The notes under the pieces are model-generated. The model searched no databases, was not told the origin of the DNA, and saw only the letters and a list, made by a program, of their open reading frames with translations. Source: Nitratidesulfovibrio vulgaris str. Hildenborough (GTDB lineage Bacteria; Desulfobacterota; Desulfovibrionia; Desulfovibrionales; Desulfovibrionaceae). From it: a stretch of 32,000 nt of DNA. The stretch spans positions 1,560,001 through 1,592,000 of the forward strand of contig NC_002937.3 in NCBI RefSeq assembly GCF_000195755.1, in the 5' to 3' direction. Numbering within the stretch: position 1 is the stretch's first letter; the number at the start of each line of letters is the position of its first letter. Positions 14,826-23,103 of the stretch are shown here, piece by piece. Made by a program: the position numbers and the translations under genes.

Positions 14826-16022
14826 TTAGGTGGCGGAGTTTTGGTAGAACTTGATGGCGTTGGTGTCCGTATTGACGCCGCCAGACCTGCAGAATGCGAG
14901 GAAGCCGATCTGCCCCTTTTTCATGAAGGCGGAGTCGGTGAATCGGTACATCTCCACCGACATGGCATCCCGGATGGTGTAGGCCTTGAGGTGGCCAAAG
15001 AGGATGGACTTGGCGTTGGCAGCCATGACCGCCATGTTCTGGTTGATGGCGTATCCGTAGCCGAGGATGGTGGCGGGAGCCGAGCCTGCCACATCAGGCA
15101 TCCAGAGCGGGCGGCCATCCCCATCTTTCAGCTTCTTGACGGCCTTCAGGGTGAGGTCGTGGAACATCCAGCGAGCGCCCAAGGCCCGGTATGCCGGGTC
15201 AACACTGTGCTCAAGGTCCACGAGGTCATCGTAGGTCACCGTGGCAGCCTGTCCGGTGGCCCCGACCTTGCCGGCCGAGATGTCCTTCAAGATGCCAGAG
15301 GGCTGTCCCGTGCCGGTGCCGAGGGTGAACATGCGGTTCTGGATGCGTGCAACACGAGTGGCAATGCGGCTGCGGATGAACGCTTCGATGTCGACGCCGC
15401 TGTCTTGCAGGAGTTCGATGGGGACGGCGATGGTCTTCGACGAGAACTTGTACACGGGCAGGCCTACGGTGCCGAAGCTGGCATCCGCATCGCTTGCCGC
15501 TGCGTTCTGATCGACGATCTCGCCTTCTTCACTGGTGCCGTCGCTGGTCGGGTAGTTCAGCGGCGCTCCGGATGCCGTGGTGATGATGGTGGCCACGTCC
15601 CGCATGCCGCCGAAGGCCTTCAAGGCTTCAATGATCGAGGTGGCCGTTTCGCGCGGGACAGTGTACCCGCCCTCGGAATCGGTGGTGGTGCTCATGGTGT
15701 TGAGCACACGGAAGTCATCCTCGGAAAGGGCTCTGTCTCCGCCTCGAAGCCATTTGGCGTAAATCGCGGCAGCGGGATTGGCAGTGTCTTTGGCCTTGCG
15801 TGCCGCCGCATCAGTGACGTCGGAGATGATGCATGCATCGGCTGCCAGGGCGACGGCCTTTTCGTGGCGTGCGATGGCCTCATCCAAGTCGGTGATGTCG
15901 GCAGCGAGAGCATCCAGCTTGGTCTTGATATCGTCGGGCAGCTTGCCGGGGTTTTGGTCGAGGATGTTGCGGTACTCCCGCGCCTTAGCCGTGCGCTCTT
16001 CGCGCAGAGACTGGATGGACAT
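14826..16022 (-). CDS. Major capsid protein, HK97 family (with N-terminal delta/scaffold-like coiled coil)
   Basis: The N-terminus SIQSLREERTAKAREYRNILD...LDALAADITDLDEAIARHEK is coiled-coil. The body matches the HK97 fold pattern. It follows the prohead protease. Start ATG 16020-16022 with AGGAG upstream. Confidence 0.9.
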   Translation of the reverse strand: MSIQSLREERTAKAREYRNILDQNPGKLPDDIKTKLDALAADITDLDEAIARHEKAVALAADACIISDVTDAAARKAKDTANPAAAIYAKWLRGGDRALSEDDFRVLNTMSTTTDSEGGYTVPRETATSIIEALKAFGGMRDVATIITTASGAPLNYPTSDGTSEEGEIVDQNAAASDADASFGTVGLPVYKFSSKTIAVPIELLQDSGVDIEAFIRSRIATRVARIQNRMFTLGTGTGQPSGILKDISAGKVGATGQAATVTYDDLVDLEHSVDPAYRALGARWMFHDLTLKAVKKLKDGDGRPLWMPDVAGSAPATILGYGYAINQNMAVMAANAKSILFGHLKAYTIRDAMSVEMYRFTDSAFMKKGQIGFLAFCRSGGVNTDTNAIKFYQNSAT

Positions 16023-16116
16023 AGCAAAACGCTCCTGTGCGTCGGAACGCCGGGCCATGTCGGGCGGGCGAGTGGGGTGAGTGGTGCGGGCGGGCCAGAG
16101 GCCGGACCGAAAAGGA

Positions 16117-16230
16117 CTACTGGAGAAGCGACCTCATGAGGCCGACGATGTGGCGGAATGTGTCGGGGAACCGGGTGCGCACAGCGTCTAGCATGCGCGC
16201 ATACTCCATGATCTTTTCGTCGCAGGTCAT
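16117..16230 (-). CDS. 37-aa ORF translationally coupled to the prohead protease (hypothetical)
   Basis: ATG 16228-16230 overlaps the protease TGA (ATGA). Sequence MTCDEKIMEYARMLDAVRTRFPDTFRHIVGLMRSLLQ. It fills the protease-capsid gap and is too short for the ORF track. Confidence 0.35.
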   Translation of the reverse strand: MTCDEKIMEYARMLDAVRTRFPDTFRHIVGLMRSLLQ

Positions 16231-16961
16231 GCGGTCACCTCATGGAAGCGGGCTATGCGTTCGTAATGGTCGCGCTCGCACGAGTCAGGGGTGTCATCGG
16301 TATCTGCATCGAGCACGTTGTCATCGACGACAGGAGCCTTTGCGTACACGCCAAGGTTCCAATTGGCCTGTGCTTTCGGTGCGGACTCCTCAATGGAGTC
16401 CGCAAGGCCCGCCTCGACAGCCTCTTGCGCAGTAAACCACGTCTCGGCAGCCATCATTTCTGCCATGTCGGATACGGATTTGCCGCATTTCTGCGAGTAC
16501 GTCTCGGCAAGCGTCCCGTCGAGTTTCTCGAGCAGGGATGCAGTCTGTATCAGGTCGTCACTGTTGCCAGCCGTGAACACCCAGGCCTTGTGGATCATCA
16601 TGAATGCGCCGGGGGCCATCAACACATCGTCACAGGCGATTGCAACGAAAGACGCGGCAGAGGCGGCATAGCCATCAACGTGCGCGATGACCTTGGCGGG
16701 GTGCCCCTTGATTGCGGCCTCCATGCATCGGGCAGCGAACACCTCCCCGCCGGGAGAGTTGATGCGCAAGTGGATGGTGCTGGCCGTGATCGCATTGAGC
16801 TCACGCACGAAGGCTTCGGCTGACACCCCTCCCCAATAGTCGTCGGTGACGATCACATCATAGAGGTAGATCGTCGCTTCTTCGCCGTTGGCTTCGGCTC
16901 TCATCGGTTTTCGCGCGGACGCTTTGGCATTGTCGCGCAGCAGGCGTAGCACATTAGGCAT
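16227..16961 (-). CDS. Prohead (head maturation) serine protease, ClpP/S14 family
   Basis: RINSPGGEVFAA...GYAASAASFVAIACD...MIHKAW matches ClpP-like motifs. Lies between the portal and capsid genes. Confidence 0.9.
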   Translation of the reverse strand: MPNVLRLLRDNAKASARKPMRAEANGEEATIYLYDVIVTDDYWGGVSAEAFVRELNAITASTIHLRINSPGGEVFAARCMEAAIKGHPAKVIAHVDGYAASAASFVAIACDDVLMAPGAFMMIHKAWVFTAGNSDDLIQTASLLEKLDGTLAETYSQKCGKSVSDMAEMMAAETWFTAQEAVEAGLADSIEESAPKAQANWNLGVYAKAPVVDDNVLDADTDDTPDSCERDHYERIARFHEVTA

Positions 16962-18213
16962 CGGCCTTTCCTCCTCGCGTCTCTGCGGGACGCTGCATGG
17001 TGTCGCCTCCTGCTATGGGGGGCAGCCCTTCGGCAGATCGGATTTCGTTCACGGTCATGAATCCAGGCTCCTGCATCGAGCCACGAGCCGTACGATAGTA
17101 TTCGCCACGGGTCTTCGTGTCACCGCGGGTGAGTTCTGATTCGTCGAACTCCGCGAAGTGACCGTCACCCCGGAAAATCTTGACCTCCAGTTCTTGTTCA
17201 AATGCCGTCAGATGGTCGTTGAGCGTGAAGGTCGTGAACCAACGGGCCATCTGTTCGACTCCGGCCCCCCACGATGACGTCTTTTCTGTCTCTCCGACCA
17301 TCACCGGCGGCACACCGAAGAACCTGCAGATGTCGATCACGCTGAACTGGCGCGACTGGATGAGTTGGGCGTCATCGGCGGTCATTGACAACTGCTTGGC
17401 CTCGCCGCCTTCTGTCAGTACGAGCGGCTTATGATGGTTATGAGCCCCGGCGTACCGCTCGCTGATGTGTGCGCGAATCATCTCGACGGCTTCGGGTGTC
17501 ATCTTTGCGGGGTATTGCAACGCGAAGGCTGACTGCATCCCGTTTGCGAAGAAGGCTGCGCTGGACTTCTCAGCGGCGAGACCAAGGCCGATGCCCTGAG
17601 CTGCTGCCGAAATGGTGGACAATCCCCGTTTGCCGTCCCATCCGACGTTGGGGATATGCAGCATGTCGTCTTGGTCGATCATGGACTGCGCACCGTCTTC
17701 CCAAGTCACGCGATAGAATAGACGGTTGCGCTCGACGCCGGGCAGCTTGTCCAAGCCGAGCTCCCAAGCCCAATAGATGGCTACGTTGCGTGGGTCGATG
17801 GGGTACAAGGCAACAGGATCCCCTGACCGGGTTCGAATGACATGGGCGTACGCATTCCCCTGCAACACCTTCGATTGCGCCAGAAACCGCCAGAACGTGG
17901 CTGCCGTCATAAAACGGTTGGGCCTGACGCGCAGCATGCTGGCTATGGTGTGTCCTGGGGCAATCTCTCTACCGTCATCGCGGCGTCGACGGTAGATTTT
18001 GACGGGAGCGGAGGCAATCGCCCCTCCGATTAGCCGAACGCAGGCGAATACGGCAGAGAAACGCATCGCTGTAGACTCGTTCACGATAACCCCGGAAGCT
18101 ACACGACTGCCTCCAAAGGTTTCAAACCATGAGTCGGCGTCAGCGAGGTTCAACGATGCTGCGTTTTTCGGTGACACTTCTTTGCGCCCCAAGATACGAT
18201 CGAGCCATCCCAT
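16954..18213 (-). CDS. Portal protein, HK97 family
   Basis: 419 aa, located directly after TerL (TGATG junction). Typical HK97 portal pattern (FACVRLIGGAIAS, GNAYA.., ...VGETEKTSSWG.GVEQ). Confidence 0.9.
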   Translation of the reverse strand: MGWLDRILGRKEVSPKNAASLNLADADSWFETFGGSRVASGVIVNESTAMRFSAVFACVRLIGGAIASAPVKIYRRRRDDGREIAPGHTIASMLRVRPNRFMTAATFWRFLAQSKVLQGNAYAHVIRTRSGDPVALYPIDPRNVAIYWAWELGLDKLPGVERNRLFYRVTWEDGAQSMIDQDDMLHIPNVGWDGKRGLSTISAAAQGIGLGLAAEKSSAAFFANGMQSAFALQYPAKMTPEAVEMIRAHISERYAGAHNHHKPLVLTEGGEAKQLSMTADDAQLIQSRQFSVIDICRFFGVPPVMVGETEKTSSWGAGVEQMARWFTTFTLNDHLTAFEQELEVKIFRGDGHFAEFDESELTRGDTKTRGEYYRTARGSMQEPGFMTVNEIRSAEGLPPIAGGDTMQRPAETRGGKADA

Positions 18214-19910
18214 CAGAGCACCACAAACCCTTGCGTAATGGTTCCGTCATCCACAGGGGCGGCAAGTGCTCGGCCCATGGCCATAATGGCCGCCACAGCA
18301 CCGTCGATCTTGTATTCTGCCCGATCCTTGCGTGGGAACACGTTGTCTTTGGCATCGGTATGGCAAACCACGTTCGATATGCACCACGTCAGTACAGGGT
18401 TGCCGTTGTGATGCAGCTTGCCGGAAGCCACCAACGCTTCGAGTTGCTTCATGGGCTCGCTGAAGTTCTTCACCGTGGCCCCGAACTCGACCATCGGGAT
18501 GCCTTCATCGGCCAAGTGGGTGACAAGCTGGGCCGCTTGGAAGGGGTCATATGGCATCTCTATGGGGGTAAGGAGCTTGGCCCGCTCTTTGATGCGCTCC
18601 TCTATGGCATCGTAGTCCACCATGCCGCCATCCGTGAGGGTGATCCATCCTGCGGTAGACCAACCTCGATAGATGTCGGCGTTCACTACGGATTCGAGTG
18701 CGTCGGTTGGCAGCCAGAAGTCTGCAAACAGATAGAAGTGCTCTCCGCGCTTGAAGAGATACGCGGCAGCGTTCAGGTCTAGTTTGCTTGCGAGGTCGAG
18801 AGCGAACCAGCACGGCTCCCCGGCGAAGTCTTCAATACGAAGCTCGGCATCGGCCTGCCGCTCCCACGTGGCCATGTTCATCCATGCACTTCGGGCATTA
18901 CACCAGACGTTCAGGTGCTTGGTCTTGAACGTATTCTGCTTGCTTGGATTCTGAATGGCTTTACGCAACTGCGATTGCAGGTAGTCCGCACGTACCGACA
19001 CCCCATAGTTAGGGTTCGCCTTGCGCAAGGACTCCTCACTCTGCCAGTCGTCACCATCGTCTATCGTGTAGATGATGCCGAAGAGTTCATTGTCTTGCAG
19101 GGTGTTATCCAGAACCTTCTGGACTCGCAGCCTCATGTCATAACACGGCCCGCCCAGATTGAAGCCTGCGGTCGTGATAACAACCATGAGAGGTTGGGAC
19201 CGGGCCCCCATGCCGGTGATCATCGTGTCGTAGAGCCGGGGACCGTCGTGTTCATGGTATTCGTCGACGATGGCGCAGTGGGGTGATGCGCCGTCGCCGG
19301 GATCGCCAATCAATGGTTCAAATTTGCTGGCTGTTCGGAGGATGTTCATGTTCTTTGCGCGAACATCCACTCCATAGTGATCCGTGAAGCCTTCGGCGCG
19401 AAGAGCCATGAGCCGAGCAGGGCCGTAGACCTCCCAAGCCTGTTTCTCCGTGGTTGCCCCGCTGTACACCTCGGCGCCTTCTTCGCCGTCCTCGGTGAGC
19501 ATGTAGAGTCCGAGCGGCGCGACAAAGCAGGACTTGCCGTTCTTGCGAGGAATCTCCTCATATGCCTCTCGAAAGCGCCGGAGCCCGTCTGCAGTCCTTT
19601 TCCAACCAAAGAGAGTGGTATCGATGAAGCATTGCCATGGTTCAAGGTGCAGCTTCTCGCGTTGGCGGGCCCATATGCCTTTGACATGGGGCATGAGCTC
19701 CTTGAATCGGCATATCCGCTCTGCGGCGTTGCGGTCGAAGTAGTAGGGGGCGTCTTTCACTCCGTCCCATCGCGTCAGGTCGTCGAGTTGCCGTTTACAG
19801 GCTAGCCGTACCCACTTGCACGCGAGCGTACGCCCGGCGACAACATCTCTGGCGTATTGCAAGCCAGCGTCAACGTGAGGATGGGAGGATTCTTTACTGA
19901 CCTTTGCCAT
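18213..19910 (-). CDS. Terminase large subunit
   Basis: 565 aa. Terminase_1-type ATPase (IPRKNGKS Walker A-like, ...AIVDEYHE Walker B-like) followed by a nuclease domain. Confidence 0.9.
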   Translation of the reverse strand: MAKVSKESSHPHVDAGLQYARDVVAGRTLACKWVRLACKRQLDDLTRWDGVKDAPYYFDRNAAERICRFKELMPHVKGIWARQREKLHLEPWQCFIDTTLFGWKRTADGLRRFREAYEEIPRKNGKSCFVAPLGLYMLTEDGEEGAEVYSGATTEKQAWEVYGPARLMALRAEGFTDHYGVDVRAKNMNILRTASKFEPLIGDPGDGASPHCAIVDEYHEHDGPRLYDTMITGMGARSQPLMVVITTAGFNLGGPCYDMRLRVQKVLDNTLQDNELFGIIYTIDDGDDWQSEESLRKANPNYGVSVRADYLQSQLRKAIQNPSKQNTFKTKHLNVWCNARSAWMNMATWERQADAELRIEDFAGEPCWFALDLASKLDLNAAAYLFKRGEHFYLFADFWLPTDALESVVNADIYRGWSTAGWITLTDGGMVDYDAIEERIKERAKLLTPIEMPYDPFQAAQLVTHLADEGIPMVEFGATVKNFSEPMKQLEALVASGKLHHNGNPVLTWCISNVVCHTDAKDNVFPRKDRAEYKIDGAVAAIMAMGRALAAPVDDGTITQGFVVL

Positions 19911-19914
19911 GGGG

Positions 19915-20382
19915 CTACCCGAGGGCTGCGAAGCCCTGCTTATTCTTTTCCCGGTTGCCTGCAGCCGCCACTCTTGTACGGCTGCTTGGCGTCATGCCGA
20001 ATTCGGTCAAGAACTTGTGCATCAGCAAGGCAGCACTGTTGGCAATGCCTACAAGCGGATGCTGGATGGTCGTACCGTTCGCCGTCACGGTCGTAAGGCG
20101 AGGGTTGTCAGGGTCGGCGTAAATTTGTGCTTCTGCTTCTGACCATCTCCCGTACGCCTGGCAGTATGCGGCGAGCGCTGCGCGGTCGATGTTGGAGAGG
20201 AGGCCAAGCCGATGCAGTTCATCCGTAATGCGGCCCCATTCCATCAGGGCTTCGCGCGAAAGGTGGCGAGGAGCAGAGGGAATCTCAGGGTTTGGGCGCG
20301 CTTCATGAGGGTTCATGCGACACTTTTGGTCGGTGCCTCGAAGAACCTTGAGGTTAGAAGGAATTGGTTTGCGCCCTGCCAT
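19915..20382 (-). CDS. Terminase small subunit, P27 family
   Basis: MAGRKPIPSNLKVLRGT... plus ...DRAALAAYCQAYGRW are typical of P27-family TerS. Confidence 0.85.
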   Translation of the reverse strand: MAGRKPIPSNLKVLRGTDQKCRMNPHEARPNPEIPSAPRHLSREALMEWGRITDELHRLGLLSNIDRAALAAYCQAYGRWSEAEAQIYADPDNPRLTTVTANGTTIQHPLVGIANSAALLMHKFLTEFGMTPSSRTRVAAAGNREKNKQGFAALG

Positions 20383-20465
20383 AACGAGTTCTGACCCCCC
20401 CTTTCATTTTGCACGCGTAAGAATCGAAGCCCGACATCGGTCTATCCCGGCCAAAGTACAAAGAA

Positions 20466-20864
20466 TCACCTCCCCCCACCCCTGATGCCGCGGAGCCCGC
20501 CGTCCTGCTGTGCGGTCTTGCGGCTATGGCAGGCATGGCAGAGGGGCTGGAGGTTTGCGCGATCGTCTGTGCCTCCCTGCGCGCGGCTGACGATGTGGTC
20601 GACATCCGTGGCGGCGGTGATGCGGCCCTGTGCAGCGCAGGCACGGCAAAGCGGCTCCTCGCGTAGCACCTGCGCGCGAAGCGCGCGCCATGCACTTCCG
20701 TAGCCTCGGGATGCCGCGTTGCCTCTCGTTCGATCATGGGCACGCTGTGCCGTGCGCTGTTCTTTCTTGGCGCACTCGGCATGATGAGGGCATAGGCCCG
20801 AAGGGTCTCTGGTGAGGGCTGTGCAGCCAGCGTGGCGGCAGATGCGCAGAGGACGTGCAGGCAT
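20466..20864 (-). CDS. HNH endonuclease (terminase-associated, HK97 gp74-like position)
   Basis: Contains ...C..C...G....A..VDHI......GG.D...NLQ.LC..CH..KT. AGGGAG RBS. Confidence 0.85.
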   Translation of the reverse strand: MPARPLRICRHAGCTALTRDPSGLCPHHAECAKKEQRTAQRAHDRTRGNAASRGYGSAWRALRAQVLREEPLCRACAAQGRITAATDVDHIVSRAQGGTDDRANLQPLCHACHSRKTAQQDGGLRGIRGGGR

Positions 20865-20883
20865 GTTGTTCTCCCTGAATGGG

Positions 20884-21132
20884 CTACCGGCCCCATATGA
20901 GCGGCCACAGTTTGGACGCTAGCCCACCGGCGACTCCGGCGGCTGCCATGAGCGCGGTGAGCACCAGTTTGCCGCCCTTGCGCTGCTGTTCGGCGTCTTC
21001 GAGGGCACTAACGCGTACGTCCAAGGCATCGATACGCTGGCCCCTGATGACGCACCGCTCGGCAAGCATGGCCTTGATGACGGCGATGTCGGCCTCTATG
21101 CGGGCCAGCCTTTGTTCTTCAGTCACGGTCAT
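20884..21132 (-). CDS. Lysis-cassette small protein: coiled coil plus C-terminal transmembrane helix (function unknown)
   Basis: ATGA overlap with the holin stop. Sequence MTVTEEQRLARIEADIAVIKAM...GKLVLTALMAAAGVAGGLASKLWPLIWGR. Confidence 0.55.
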   Translation of the reverse strand: MTVTEEQRLARIEADIAVIKAMLAERCVIRGQRIDALDVRVSALEDAEQQRKGGKLVLTALMAAAGVAGGLASKLWPLIWGR

Positions 21133-21479
21133 ATCCCCAGCCCGAGCATCCCCAGCAGGATGCGACCGATGAGGGCCATATCGTCAGAGGCATAGCCGAA
21201 CCACCCCACTGACGGGAAAAGCGCCACGAGAATGGGGCGCACGATGACCTGCCAAGCCAGCGCAACGCCGCACAGCAGCCCCACCACCGACCGCCACGAG
21301 CGGACGAATCCGATGACGCCCCCCTGCGACGACTGCACTTCGGCGGTGTTGGTCGCCTGCTGGCCCATGAGCCGCTCGTGCTCCTGCTGCCGTTCGGCGC
21401 GGCGATTGGGCAGCATGTCGGCCACACGGTCGACCACGCGGCCCGCAAGCCCTCCGGTGAGCATGTCGAGCCAGCCCAT
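21129..21479 (-). CDS. Holin (GTA-type 3TM holin family-like)
   Basis: The hydrophilic N-terminus contains ...NRRAERQQEHERLMGQQATNTAE. Hydrophobic segments follow (GFVRSWRSVVGLLCGVALAW, ILVALFPSVGWF, LIGRILLGMLGLGI). The start is coupled (TGATG) to the endolysin-like gene. Confidence 0.65.
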   Translation of the reverse strand: MGWLDMLTGGLAGRVVDRVADMLPNRRAERQQEHERLMGQQATNTAEVQSSQGGVIGFVRSWRSVVGLLCGVALAWQVIVRPILVALFPSVGWFGYASDDMALIGRILLGMLGLGI

Positions 21480-21886
21480 CACGCCCGCCCGAGGGCCATG
21501 TCGCAGCCCCGGCCCACCGTCGCGGAGTCGTAGGGGTGCTGGCCGTTCTCGTGCCTGATGATGCAGGCCACCAGTGCAGGCAGCACACGTGCCACGTCCA
21601 CTGCTTCGTCGGGTCGCACGCCAAGCCTGTCGGCCACGTGCATGACGTAGGCGTCGGTGTCGTTCTCGGAAGGTGGGGCCCAGCGCGTGATGATCTGGCG
21701 TATGGTCTTGAGACCGTGCTTGCGCTGGTAGTTCAGCAGAATGACGCCCATGGCACGGATGCCGTACTCAGGGGTCGAAAAGGTGCAGAAGTCGGGGTCT
21801 GGCTGCTCCGGCGTCAGTCCCTTCCACTGGTCACTGTGCCGGATGTTGCCGGGATTGTTGTTACGGATGCCGCGCGGAATGGCCAT
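21479..21886 (-). CDS. Putative endolysin / peptidoglycan hydrolase-like protein (RNNNPGNIR-motif family)
   Basis: GIRNNNPGNIRHSDQWKG motif. First gene of the lysis cassette, immediately upstream of the holin. The enzymatic class was not resolved from sequence alone. Confidence 0.55.
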   Translation of the reverse strand: MAIPRGIRNNNPGNIRHSDQWKGLTPEQPDPDFCTFSTPEYGIRAMGVILLNYQRKHGLKTIRQIITRWAPPSENDTDAYVMHVADRLGVRPDEAVDVARVLPALVACIIRHENGQHPYDSATVGRGCDMALGRA

Positions 21887-21972
21887 GGCTACGCTCCTGT
21901 TTGAGAGAAGCGTAGAACGATGGGGTGGGGGAAAGGCAAGGAAGGCAGGCTTGGAAACGGGGGTTTACAAGC

Positions 21973-21997
21973 AAAAAGCCTCGGTTCAAACCGAGGC
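21973..21997 (-). terminator. Rho-independent terminator after the PemK/MazF-like gene
   Basis: - strand RNA: GCCUCGG-UUUGAA-CCGAGGC followed by UUUUU (plus-strand A run 21973-21977). Confidence 0.65.
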
Positions 21998-22049
21998 GCT
22001 TCCGTACAAAGGCAGGTGGAGGGTCAAAGGCAATCCTGTACTTTTGACA

Positions 22050-22439
22050 TTATGATGATAACCCTGCTTTTTTCAAACTCTGTTTGGCTTGAGGGCTAGC
22101 AAATGTTTCACGTAACAGAGAAAGAACTTCAGAGATTTTTGCGTCACTCAATCTGCCGCTCACTCGGCGAATGATTTTTTTATGCACGGTTGCCAAGCGA
22201 ACAGGCCGAACGTACGAAGGTTCGTAGATTAAATTCCCATTTTCAATGTCTTTGCTGGTAATTTCAATGCAATCCTCAAAATTTGACTTCCTTTTGGTAA
22301 TCATGCAAACCAGCACATCATCGCCCATAACTTGAGCCACGATAAGTGTCGGACGATCTTTTGTTTCAGACATGTCTGTCGCGGGGAAATCACAATAAAC
22401 AATATCCCCGACGGAGTAATTACACGAGGTTTTATCCAT
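22050..22439 (-). CDS. PemK/MazF-family toxin-like protein
   Basis: Motifs VGDIVYCDFP...ETKDRPTLIVAQ...DVLVCMITKRK...YVRPVRLATV...GRLSDAKISEVL match the PemK/MazF SH3-like barrel pattern. ATG 22437-22439 overlaps the upstream stop by 8 nt. The track start at 22448 is a TTG. Lies in the AT-rich island. Confidence 0.75.
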   Translation of the reverse strand: MDKTSCNYSVGDIVYCDFPATDMSETKDRPTLIVAQVMGDDVLVCMITKRKSNFEDCIEITSKDIENGNLIYEPSYVRPVRLATVHKKIIRRVSGRLSDAKISEVLSLLRETFASPQAKQSLKKAGLSS

Positions 22440-22995
22440 GGCTCGCAAGAAAAGTTTCGGCAGACAACGTAGTACAAACGTCTGTCAGTTTTTCAATTTC
22501 ATCAAGCTCTTCTAAATACTCAATGAAAAGATTATGCTCCCTCCCTGTCACGTTGCGATACGCTTGGGAGAACTGCACAAAGCGTTTTTCATCCTTTGCA
22601 GCGAAAGCCCACTGTACGAGAGAGCCGAGCACTTTTTCGTCGCCTTTTATGCTATCATATATAGTCATTATGAGGTTGATTGCATCCAAGAATTGTCCTG
22701 CATAGGACATTGAAACGGCGTAATTCAAAATCAAAACATCTTCCTGCACAAATTGAAGTGAGCGCTTATGGTACTTGTGCATCAAGTCCCATTGCCCACG
22801 CGCAGCCGCAACACTTCCCAAAGCTGAAAGTCCCACGGGCACATTAAGATTCTGTAAATCGGTAGCCTTTTTTTGGATGTCGCGCAGCTTTCTCGCCAAA
22901 GACAGCTCATCAGTCTTTGAATGAACTACAACGTTCAATTCGCCTATTATGTCGTTAAACATAGAGATATGTGCGGGCAACGGCTGGGAATGCAT
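22432..22995 (-). CDS. 187-aa all-helical (TPR-like?) protein in the antitoxin position; no recognised family
   Basis: ATG 22993-22995 with a GAGGA RBS. AT-rich codon usage identical to the downstream toxin gene. Acidic C-terminal segment (EYLEELDEIEKLTD). Confidence 0.65.
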   Translation of the reverse strand: MHSQPLPAHISMFNDIIGELNVVVHSKTDELSLARKLRDIQKKATDLQNLNVPVGLSALGSVAAARGQWDLMHKYHKRSLQFVQEDVLILNYAVSMSYAGQFLDAINLIMTIYDSIKGDEKVLGSLVQWAFAAKDEKRFVQFSQAYRNVTGREHNLFIEYLEELDEIEKLTDVCTTLSAETFLASHG

Positions 22996-23058
22996 AGGTA
23001 ATCCTCAAAGGGCTAGATATCCAGCGTGTAGCCTTCTGCCCTATATTCACTAATACAC

Positions 23059-23081
23059 AAAAAAAAACAACCCCGCCGGGG
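23059..23081 (-). terminator. Possible weak terminator ending the early-right operon
   Basis: On the - strand: CCCC-GGC-GGGG mini-hairpin, then UUG and a U9 run (plus-strand A9 at 23059-23067). The stem is only 4 bp. Confidence 0.35.
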
Positions 23082-23103
23082 CTAAACGAACAATGAGGAC
23101 GTA

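Noticed and set aside
14841-16139. 432-aa + strand ORF antisense to the major capsid gene
   Set aside because: It is the mirror frame of a confidently identified HK97 capsid gene in high-GC DNA. Its composition is G/R/A/V-rich and it has no RBS. This is a typical shadow ORF.
17829-17837. GGTTCGAAT, a tRNA T-loop-like motif
   Set aside because: It lies inside the portal gene. No acceptor or anticodon stems can be built around it.
20354-20908. 184-aa - strand ORF overlapping the HNH gene
   Set aside because: It is an alternate frame of the HNH endonuclease gene, which has clear catalytic motifs and an RBS.
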